Below are positions 13,007 to 23,429 of a stretch of 64,000 nucleotides of DNA, in pieces. The position numbers and the translations under genes are program-made. Below the pieces are notes generated by a model that was not told where the DNA came from, did no database searches, and saw only the letters and a program-made list of their open reading frames with translations. Positions within the stretch are counted from its first letter, which is position 1. Each line of letters starts with the position of its first letter. The DNA is from Torpedo marmorata (taxonomy: Eukaryota), in contig OZ360245.1 of the NCBI GenBank assembly GCA_977017645.1, forward strand, positions 45,694,001 to 45,758,000. The letters run 5' to 3'.

Positions 13007-13204
13007 TATATCGATCTACCTCTCTTACCTGTGGATATTTATTTGTCCGTGGAGAAGAAATTTCTTGTGTTCTGGTCAATATTGTTTCCTCAGCTGTTTC
13101 GTAGTAAATGGGATGTCACTGCTCTTCATGGCATCTTGTTTGAAAAGTGGTGCAAAGTTGTTTTTCGTACTAAAAAACTGTGATAGGCCCATTGCGGTTT
13201 GTCA

Positions 13205-14160
13205 TTTGTATCGATGATTTAGATGAAATCATGGTATAATTAGCAACTTTGTGGATCACACTAAGTTGGCTGGTATTGTAGATAGTGAAGACTGTTCCCA
13301 AAGATTGCAGCAGGATCTTGAATGGGTGGGCAGAGGAATGGTTGATGGAATTTAATAGAGAAATGTTAGATATTGTGTTTTGGGAGGTCTAACATGGGTA
13401 GGACCTACACACTGAATGGAAGGGATCTTGGGAATGTTGCAGAGCAGAGGGATCAAGGCTTTCAGGTACATAGTACATTGAAAGTGTAATTACAGGTAGG
13501 TGGGGGGGTCAAAAAGACTTTTGACACATAGACCTTCATCAATTGGAGGACTGACTATAGAAATTTGGAGGTCATGTCACAGTTGTGTAAAATATTGATG
13601 AGTTCCGTTTGGAGTGTTGTGTTCAGTTTTGGTCACTGTGCTGTAGGAAAGATGTTGTCAAGCTGGATGGAGAGGGTGTAGAGAAGATTTGTGTGGATGT
13701 TGCTATGATTCTGGGGCCTGACCTTTAGGGAGAGGCTGAGTAGGCTAGGGCTTTATTCCTTGGAGTGTAGGAGGATGAATGGTGATCTCGGAGGTATACA
13801 AAATCGTTAGAGGAATAGATCGGGTGTAACCAGAGATTCTTTTGCCCAGAGTAGGGGAAATCAAGAAGCAGAGGACATGGGCTTCAGGTGGTGGGGGGGG
13901 GGGGAGGAGATTTAACAAGAACTTGTGGTAACTTTTTACAGAGTGGTGAGTGTATGGAATGGGCTGCTGGATGAGGTGGTTGAGGCAGGTATGATAGCAA
14001 CATCTAAGAAAAAGAAATTGGACTGGTACATGGATAGGATGGGTTCAGAGGGATATGGGCTAAATGCAGGCATTTGGGACTGATGTAGGTGGGACATTTT
14101 GGTCAGCGTGGGCAAGTTGGACTGTAGGCCTTGTTTCCATGCTGTTTGACTATGACTGAA
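13205..14160 (+). mobile_element. Degraded CR1 LINE 3' end
   Basis: Decayed INDL..., KFADDTK and YCVQFWSP-like motifs; typical CR1 tail GTTTCCATGCTGT...CTATGACT. Confidence 0.8.
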
Positions 14161-15695
14161 ACAGTTGCCTGATAATATTAGCTAATCAATTAAATAAAGG
14201 ATTTTGAGATGTTGGACTCTTATAACCACAAGTTGTTGCTCTTGGTGTTGAAGGGGTAGGTTGATATATTAATGAATAGGATGGGTAGAAGAATGGGGCT
14301 CTGTGCAGGTTTAAAAGTGCCTTGCCAGAAACAAATGTGTGAGTGTCTTGGCTCTATGGTGACCATTTTAATCCTGTACCATGTAGCTCAAATGGGTTTT
14401 CTTTTACAAATTGCTTTCATCAGTAACTAAAAAAAAAAAAGAAGCAACTCCCATATTTGGTAAACGTTGAGTGTCAGTATTGTGTGGAAGGCTAACAATC
14501 GACATTGCACGTCACGAAGAAGTACAAAGTTTGGGTAGCTCAGGCCTGATTATTTGAAGTGGAAATCAAAAAGGAAACAATGAATTAGTCTGGCCAAATA
14601 TGCACCTGAATTCCTCAGCAGAGAGCTGAAATGCAGATGGTAAATGCTTTAAGATGTGCATGTGGCATGATCTGTCTACCATGGTTCTGGATTATGCAGT
14701 TTGCACGCAGACTTGAAGCAAATTGCGGAATGTGCATTCAACATGCAAAATTAGAAACTGATGAATTAAGACATTTTCTTAATAGCAGTAGACTGTGTAG
14801 AGATAGTTTGATAATTAGTCAAATTGGCAGAATAGATTAGTAATTTCCTGCAATCTGTGTAGATCTGCACTTTTTTCCATGTATTTATAAACAGTGAACT
14901 GGCTAGAAAGCTACTCTTGCCATTAACAAGAAGACAGATGGAAACATTAGATTGCTAAGGTATTAATTCAGCAAATGGATTTCAACAAAGGTAAATGTAT
15001 TGTGGTGGAATATTCCACAGATGAGTGCAGCTCCAACAACCCTGGGGATAATGAATTATGGCCTTGTGGCTGGAGATGGTTTTTTTTTCTTTCTGAGAAA
15101 GTTAAGAGGATTTGATGGTGATCTTTCAAAAGTTCAGGCAGACTAAGCAATTAGAAAATTTCCCCTGGCTAAAAGAGCAAAGTAATTGGTTTTGGGAAAT
15201 TGGCAAAAGAGGATCATGAGGATTTTTTTTTTCATTAATTGGTTTTGATTTAAAATGCATTCTTTGAGGATGATTTCCTCAGAAGCCACTCTGAACACAA
15301 TGTTCTATTCCAATGAAGATCGTTGTCACAGGCTGTTAAAAGAATCACTGGATAGTAAATAGTTATGAGATCCTTGGCTGTCTACCCTTCCTTCCTATTC
15401 TATCGATTCCTGTGGTAACCTCTGTCCAAACATGGATATAGTAATTCTCTTCCAGTCAAGCATGGTTTCCATCTATTAAAATGCTTTAATATTCTTTATG
15501 GATTTGGAATGATTTTTTTTATATATTTTAAAAAAAACTATTTTGGAAGCAATTGGCATTTCTAATTTTCAAGTTATTTTGGTCAAATTTGCACTGTTCC
15601 CTTGCTCCTCTTAATGGTCCTACTATTTCTTTCTATTGTGCAGCAAGTGGACAGTGTGGTTAAAGCAGTTATAATTTCTTAATTCTCTCTCACAG

Positions 15696-15775
15696 AACCT
15701 TCCCTTCCTTCCTCAGAAGTAGGAGATGATCCCCCAATGCTCACAAAGGAAGAATTGGTTCCATTGCAGCCTCAG
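15696..15775 (+). CDS. BCL7B: BCL7B exon (orthologue of exon 5)
   Basis: cacag|AACCT...CAG|gtaag, 80 bp; EPSLPSSEVGDDPPMLTKEELVPLQPQ. Confidence 0.95.
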
Positions 15776-15844
15776 GTAAGCCAGAAAGGTGCTGTGCACA
15801 TATACATTCAGGTTGGACTGAGTTTGTGTGTGCACTTTAATGGA

Positions 15845-16528
15845 CTGTATATGTCGGCGTATAAGGTGACTGGGTGTACAAGACGACCCCCAGAATTTCC
15901 ACTTAAAATGTAGGTTTTGAGCTATACTCACTGTATAAGGCTACCCCAATTCTGGTACTTAACACTGAGAGCTTACTATCACAATAGTCCTTTATCAACC
16001 ATCCCACTGACCAATGGAGTGATGGTGTTAAGCACACTACTAAGCAATGCAGTCTTGGTTATTTAAAATTTAGCCAATTCATTTCAAGTAATGGCAAAAT
16101 ACTGTCAATTACCTACCGTAATATGCATTAAATGTTCCCAACTGGTGTAACATAAACACTAGTGACATCACTTAGGCGTTGGTTCTTTTACATGCTTCTC
16201 TGGAATCGGCCAGTGTGCAATGGCGACTGTTAGCTTCATTTGCTGAGCTGTTATTTTAAGGTATGTTAGACAGGTTTATAATACATTTTTGTTTTAATAT
16301 AACATTGCTATTAATCCAGCTTCCCAAACCTTAGTTTCAGTAGAAAAATATTTAGTGGTAGGACCGTAGGAGTTATGCGAGTGTTTTACGCTGTTCTCCA
16401 TCGCCAAGGGGAACACTAAACCACAGGATATTAAGGTTCGAATTTTATACTTGCCGTATAAGACGACCCCTGGTTTTGGTGTGACATGTTTAAGGTTCAA
16501 ATTCCGTCTTGTACGCTGACATGTACGG
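15845..16528. mobile_element. Older Tc2-like non-autonomous DNA transposon
   Basis: Degenerate TIRs CTGTATATGTCGGCGTATAAG and CTTGTACGCTGACATGTACGG-TA; subterminal TATAAGACGACCCC motifs. Confidence 0.7.
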
Positions 16529-17848
16529 TAATTAAAGTGAAATATTCATTGAGTACCAAATTCCTTTTTGGACACTTAATTGAAAGACGTCTGGGTTATT
16601 TGGCTCTTGTTGGAAATATTAAAGTTAAAACACACAGACCAATGAACTTTAGGAAATTGCATGGACCAGGGAACAAAGGTCAGGCATTAGTCTCTATGCA
16701 CACGGATATTTTTGAAACCAGTATCCCTGTTTTAGTAAGCCATGGTGGATGGGATATGCTGGTAATTAAATACTGACAAAATTTGTATACAAAACTATAT
16801 TTTCAACACAATGTGCTGTGAGGGCGTTGGTTTATAAATTATAATGGCTAAAGTCAACACATCTACGGTTTAAAAGAATGATGCAGCTCTATGGCTTGCA
16901 GGATAATTTTGCAGTGGTTGCCTTCACATGTTGTACTTGACTTTTAAACCCATTATCTTAAGTTTTCTTGTGCACATCCAAGAAGATAAAGAGAGCCTTG
17001 CAGAGCAGAGACATGTTTGACTTATTCCTCGTGGACTTGGCTCACCTGGGACATTTGTAAACTACAGCTGAACTCTGGAAAGGCAGAAAATAGTGGCTAA
17101 AATTTGCTGATCTCGTTCCTCTAGCCTTTGCTGGAAAACAAGCATGGACTGATAAAATGGTCAGGTTCAAGAATGCTCTGTTGCTCTCTGACTGCACAGC
17201 CTTGTGGATATTCTGCCTACGTTTATATTTGAATGGCCATTATTGCGATATACCAGAAAGTGATCAGCAGAATCAGTGACGATTAAAGAATGGTTGAACT
17301 TTGAAAAGTAAAAACTATCTGCAACTTTGATCCACAGGACTGAGTTCTAATAAAAACAAAATGTTGGAAACACAGCAGGTCAGGCAACATCTGTGGAAAA
17401 AGAAAAGTTAGTGCTTCAGTTCTTGAACGCTTCGTCAAAACTAGGAAAGAGGGAAAGCAAATTAGTTTTCAAGCAATACCTTAAATGCTGGGAAGGGAGA
17501 GTAATAGATCCTAAATCAGAAACTCTTTCCACTGTCTGGCCAGCTAAGTATTTCAGATTTCCAACATCTGCTGTTCTTTGATATTTATCAGCAGTTTTAT
17601 TTTCTTCAATTTTGCAGAAGGTCTAAATTAAATGTTTAGAATATAAATTTTTTTATCTAGTCCAAACTGAAGGTTGTGCCAGTAACTTCAGATTATGGTT
17701 AGGCAGAGTACCTGTAGCTGTTTATGGATGTATATTGATTTTTTTATTTTAACTTGAATTGTGATTTAAATCAGAATATTGGTAACGAAGACTGGCTTTC
17801 TAAAAGTTCTTTTTGATTTTCGTCCTTTAATTCTATGTTTGATGATAG

Positions 17849-17947
17849 GTCGTTGAAGAGGAGGACGATGAATATTCAGGTGCACCACCACTGAAGAGGG
17901 TTTGCACAGGACAGAATGTTGTAACTCAGCCGGTAACTGAAAGCTAA
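17849..17947 (+). CDS. BCL7B: BCL7B last coding exon
   Basis: atag|GTC; VVEEEDDEYSGAPPLKRVCTGQNVVTQPVTES* compared with human VVEEEEDSGAPPLKRFC...TASES*. Confidence 0.95.
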   Translation, partial: VVEEEDDEYSGAPPLKRVCTGQNVVTQPVTES

Positions 17948-18585
17948 CCCAGAATCAAAGCTGGCTTTCCCATGGTACCCTCTGACTTACCATCACTGAC
18001 TGACTTAAAAGAATGTGCTATTTATTTTCTACTTGTTATGAAATGTGATGCTTGAGATTTGGGTGTCTGAATTTAAAATATTTCTGTATTTCAGGATGAT
18101 GTCCCTTTTTGTTAATCAGCAGGAATGGGTGTGGTCTGTGGCTCCATTGGGCCTTCCTAGTTGAAGACACTTTTATATTGATAGTGTCAAAAGTAGCACT
18201 AATATAAAGGAAGTGTCCTGCTCTTCTCTTGGTCCAGCACCGGCCTTTTCCTGGGTCATGAGTAACCATTGGAAGAAAAGATGGGCTCTGTATTGACCCT
18301 CAACAGAAACCAGCTGCAAACTGGTATAGTACAAAAAGATGGATTGAAGATATATCTGCTTGAGGGCTGCTCTTCTGGAATCTCAGCATCAATATGAAAG
18401 TGCCTTGACACTGAAGTGCCTCTAAATTTTCACTAATGTTTAAGTGAGCTGACTGAAGACTGATTTATGTGCTGTTGATTCTTGACTATACATAAATATG
18501 CAGTCTTCATAGTTGTTTTATCCATGATATAAAGTTAGATTCTTGTCTGCATTCAAGGAAGGTATACCAGAATACAATTACTAAA

Positions 18586-18631
18586 AATAAAAGCTATTGA
18601 AGTTGAGAAGTATCTTTTGTTTGAAAATAAA
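18586..18631 (+). terminator. Candidate BCL7B polyadenylation signals
   Basis: AATAAA at 18586 and 18626, followed by GT/T-rich sequence. Confidence 0.5.
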
Positions 18632-21600
18632 ATCTGTGGCTCCAGATTTTACTGATTTTCTGATTATTGAAAAATCTAAGATGGTGTGGGCACCTTTTGA
18701 TGTATTGGTATCAATGATGTTGAATACCTATTAACCTGTACTTTGCATTTTTCTTTGCGGAGCACTTGCAGCTGATCAAAATTTCTTGGAGAGAAATTGA
18801 TCTAATTAATTCCTAATGGAAACTAGATTAAATCATAGTCTGGTTTTATTGCAAGTTAAGAAAACATGAACAAACCAGCAACTATGTGGTGATTTTGTAG
18901 ACATGGCTGTGATTCCAGTGTATTGTACTAGTAAACATATTGCAAACGTTTCAGTATTTAAATATCACTCTTTACCATCTGTTATTAGCTGGGGTATAGC
19001 CAATGCATGAGTAATTTGCAGAAGCACATTAAATTCACAGATATAAAAAGATTGCTTAAATGTGTTCCAGAGGAATATTTGAAACCATAATCTCACTGAC
19101 CCCTCAAGAGACAATGCCTGGAATTAAGAAAGTTTGCAAAATAAATTTTCAGACTTCAATTTCATTTCAACCCCAGCATCTGCTTTTTTTAATGTTTTTC
19201 CTGTGTGGGTTGCTTGTTGATTCTTTAAACATGAGGGCAAGAAATTTGTATGATTAAAAACAAAAATGCTGACTATACTCAGCAGGACAGGCACAATCTT
19301 TGAAGAAAGTTGGAGTTTCAGTTTAATATATCCTGACAAATGCCATTTTTAACACCTTTGTATTGCCTGCTTCAATACCATTACTCTGATTTCCAGCTCG
19401 CACCTGTTCTAATGGAGGCTTCTTCCTTGCATGGTGTTCTTGCCAAAACATAGTTTTTCTGTCCTTGGCAATTTACATAAAAGTGAATGTCCTCATGGTA
19501 TTTCCCCAGTTAACTTCTGCATTGAAGCATGTATGTGGTACCCGCAGCTAACCCAGGTAGTAGTGTTTAGTTTTTTTGATTAATTCTGAATTGATGATGT
19601 ACTCATTCATTTTAAACTTTGTTTTGCATCATTCCCTATTTTGATCAACTCGTCTGCAAACATTATCGCATTGTCTCTAACTTGGATAGAATTTAATAAT
19701 TTTCATTTCTGCTCAATTTAAAAGAGGTTATCATTTTGTTCTTGGCTAGTTGTTGAAAGATAAAATCACCCCCAATAACCAGAACTCTATCTGTTTTATC
19801 ATTTAACACCTTTTGTCTTGTCTCTTCAGTATCGTGTCCTTGTATTTTATGCTGTCATTGAATAATATTGGAAGTTTCATCTGACATTACTTTTTATTAC
19901 TAACTTTCTGTTTTTCAACTTGTCCTCTGTTCAAAGTGTGCTTCATTAGTTTATTGCAATCTTAACTTTGAAAAATGTTAAATATTTTATAATGAAAAAT
20001 ATGGATCTTTTAATTTTGTTTCTTCCAGTAAAGTTTCAATATTGCTGCTCTGACAAGCAAATCTTTTAACTAATGGGTCATCTTTCAGAATCTATGAAGT
20101 TGAGGGATTTCCTAGTTACAATATGGACACCTTTTTTCATGGAAGTAAAGCCAGAACAATGTGAAAAATGTTAAATTTTGTATTTTCTGATGAAAATGCA
20201 TAGGTATATTTTTGAATACAAAAATTAAATGAATCAATTTGTATGTTAAGTATTTTTCTTTGTAATTCCACTTAGTTTTCTTCAAAATGCATAGAAAGTT
20301 GTGGAGTGGAAATCAATGTTCCAGAGCATTCAGACTGTCCATAGAAATGTTTGAAGGGCAACAATTGATTTTGTTTAGGGCATAATTATTGTTCCTTGTT
20401 TGGTGACACAATTTCTTTTGACAATCTCAGACAATGAGGAATATAAATGAGGAATTCTAAACATGTGTATGAAAAGCCCAGATCATTGTTAGAGCAGTGG
20501 AATAGTAAACATTACTTAAAGTTTCTACACATAACTATTGATTAATTCACGATTCTATACATGTTTTGATTATTTAAATAGTATTAATTTTTAAATCTTC
20601 ATTGGCTTTTTGGCACATTATTTCTGATGTTTTGTGCCTCCTAAATTGCACCACAGTGAAAACTAATTTTAATCTTTTCACACTTTAGTTGTGTGACATT
20701 CCAATGAAGTATGATTTAAAGTGTGTATTGATTCTTGGGAGGATCTTGATACCTGGACTATGTTAGTACTATGGAACAGTTTACATGCATGACTTGGGGA
20801 GCACTCAACAAAAGACAAGTTTGGTTCTATTGTGCAGCCTAAAATCTAAACAAAAGATTTTCATTTGTTTGTTTTAAGATGCTGCGTATTCTTTAAAATT
20901 CTGAAAAGGTAAGCAACCATAGTGATTGGTACAGGCACATAAGCAGATTTTTAAAGTATTAATGTATTGTGGCAATCTGCATGCTTTGCATATTGGAATA
21001 AAGCACCTGTGAAAGTTAAATTCTGATATATTACTGGGACACTCCAGAATGGGTGCTGATTTTCTCTTATTGCCTTTACTGTGTTAAATATTGTAAAATC
21101 TGACTTCTGTCCGTGATTACAAATAAGCAAATAACATAAATCACTGTGCTTCAGTGATTAAAACTTCAAATGAACTTCATACCTCAGAGATTAAGTGTTG
21201 CCTTTCAAATTGTAAAACTAGAATTATTATTTGGGGATTGTTATCTGAAATGCTTGTGAAAATAAAGTTTTAGAATGAATTGAAACATTTTGTTGGCTTT
21301 TTATACTATGGAAAATTTGCAGCAGTAATTTGTGGGCCAGGAAAGACTGCACCTCTTCCCAACCTCTCTCCATCCAACTGTCAGAAGGCATCCACAAAAT
21401 TAGAAATAGTACAATAATGATTAGAGTTGTGGAATAGGGAACTGCTGGATACAAGAGGATTAAACTAGCTATTTGGATTAGTAAAGTGGGGAGTTGTGTT
21501 CCACAGGGATAGGTGCTGTAATCTCTTATTTACTTTAATGATTTGCATCAAATTGTTGTGAGGTTTTTAATTTAATAGATGTTTGTGGCCATGATTTTTT

Positions 21601-21993
21601 TTTGGGGAGGGGCATTGCCAGTGTGGCTGGCTTTATTATTCACCCTTAATTGCCCTTGAGAGGTGATCGTAAGAGAACTTCTTGAACCACTCCAGCCTTT
21701 CTGATATTGTTGAGGATATTATGTGGAGTAAATTGAAAAGGTTAAAATTTGTGATGGTGAGCATTTCTGGAGAGAAAGCCAAGATCGATCAATATTTGAC
21801 TGAAGATATTTTGATAATCTTCAGTGTCATTGTGGATGGTGATAATCATGGACCTTTATTTGTATTAGCTATTCAATTGTCCATCAAATTTCTCCAATAA
21901 CTGTGTTAGAAATGCAGAGTTTTGGCCCACTGCATCAGTTGTGGGGTCGTCTAACTTGTGAGCCGCCTCTAAGCTTAATTGTGATGATGAATA

Positions 21994-22487
21994 GATTCAG
22001 ATTTATTGTCAGAGAACATACATGACATCACTTACAACACTGAGATTCTTTTTCCTGCGGGCCAGGCAGAATTACCACTTATTGGAAGAGCAAAAAACTA
22101 CACAATGTATACATATAAACAAATAAAGAAATGTAAACAAACTATGCAATACAGAGAAAAAAAATCAATAAAATGCAAAAGAGTCCTTAAATGAGTCCCT
22201 GATTGAGTTTGTTGTTGAGTCTGATGGTGGAGGGGTAGCAGCTGTTCCTGAACGTGGTGGTGCGAGTCTTGTGGCACCTATACCTCTTTGCTGATGGTAG
22301 CAGCGAGAACAGTGTGTGCGCTGGGTGGTGTGGATCCTTGATGATTGCTGCTGCTTTCCGACAGCAGTGTTCCCTGTAGATGTTCTCGATGGTGGGGAGG
22401 GATTTGCTAATGATCTCCTGGCTGTGTCCACTACCTTTTGCAGGTCTTTACGATCACGAGTATTGGTGTCCCCATACCAGACTGTGA
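21994..22487 (-). mobile_element. Rex1/Babar-like LINE 3' fragment (second subfamily)
   Basis: Homologous to 36112-36897 (IIKDPHHPAH, RTTRFRNSC); tail GACAATAAATCTGAATC. Confidence 0.85.
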
Positions 22488-22744
22488 TAAAGAATTAAGC
22501 TTGTACATAAATTTGAAAATAGTTATGGAATATAATTCCTATTGAATTGTTCATTATCACGTGGACCATGATACAGTGAAAAGCTTTATTTTACGTGCTA
22601 TCCAGACAAGCTAACCTATCCTGAAGTATCGCAGGATATGCAAGAATGAAAGTTAAGGGGTTAGTGTCACAGTAAATCAGAGTGCACGGTGTAGAATCGA
22701 ACAATAGATGGGAACCATGGTGCGAATGTTGGACTTTGTTTCAT

Positions 22745-22983
22745 GTGGCGCTGTACACCAATAGCCTGAATACGACTGGGATTGTCTGATCTCGGAAGCT
22801 AAGCAGGCACAGGACTGGTCAGTACTTGTAGGGGAGACCACCTAGGAACACCAGGTGCTGTAGGTTTCTGTGAGGGGCGCTGGACAAAGTAGCGACCCTC
22901 TGTCTGCCTTAAATTAAAGAATTTCATGTATGTTACATTCTAAATGTAGTATTACGTGACAGTAATGGAACCTTTAACCTTTA
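22745..22983 (+). mobile_element. 5S rRNA-derived SINE (SINE3-like) or 5S pseudogene with LINE-like tail
   Basis: GTCTGATCTCGGAAGCTAAGCAGG...AGTACTTG.AGGGGAGACCACCTAGGAACACCAGGTGCTGTAGG matches the 5S rRNA internal control region. About 115 bp of non-5S body follows, ending GTGACAGTAATGGAACCTTTAACCTTTA. Confidence 0.8.
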
Positions 22984-23095
22984 TTGTGGTGACTCTCACT
23001 GTTGCTGTCATGGACATGAGTCACAGTTAAAAAAACAATGAGGAAGAGTTCTAGGGCTGATCCCATGTGTTTCTTCACTATTCCAACCCGGCTAT

Positions 23096-23209
23096 GGGGG
23101 GCGGGGTTACGGCTGCTCTGTTGCCATGGGAACCCCTGCACGTCGCCCCCGGAGATCCGGGCCCACCTCCCAATCGCCGGCGTAGAGCAGCGTGTGGCGT
23201 GAACCGTTG
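23096..23209 (+). promoter_or_regulatory. MKS1 CpG-rich promoter with GC box, RFX X-box and CCAAT
   Basis: GGGGCGGGG at ~23098, GTTGCCATGGGAAC at 23120-23133, CCAAT at 23170; CpG-rich; about 80 bp before the ATG. Confidence 0.8.
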
Positions 23210-23289
23210 ATGGCGGTCGTCCGTGGGAGTGCAACCGGGACAGCGGCGATCTACCGCACTCAGGACCCCGTGCAAAACCTCCGCATACG
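23210..23289 (+). CDS. MKS1: MKS1 exon 1
   Basis: MAVVRGSATGTAAIYRTQDPVQNLRIR|gtaagg compared with human [27 protein letters not shown]. Confidence 0.9.
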
Positions 23290-23429
23290 GTAAGGGTAGG
23301 GGGGAATGTGCGGACCGCAGGGCGGGAAGGCGATATGGCTGCGATGGAGCGGGGAAGAACGGAAAAGGAATGTAAATCGGGGCGGAGTAGGGGTTGCGGA
23401 GTGAGATTGGAGCAGGGGTTGGGGCACTG

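Noticed and set aside
22745-22867. Functional 5S rRNA gene
   Set aside because: The 5' third is strongly diverged, it is a solitary copy and it has no proper T-run terminator.
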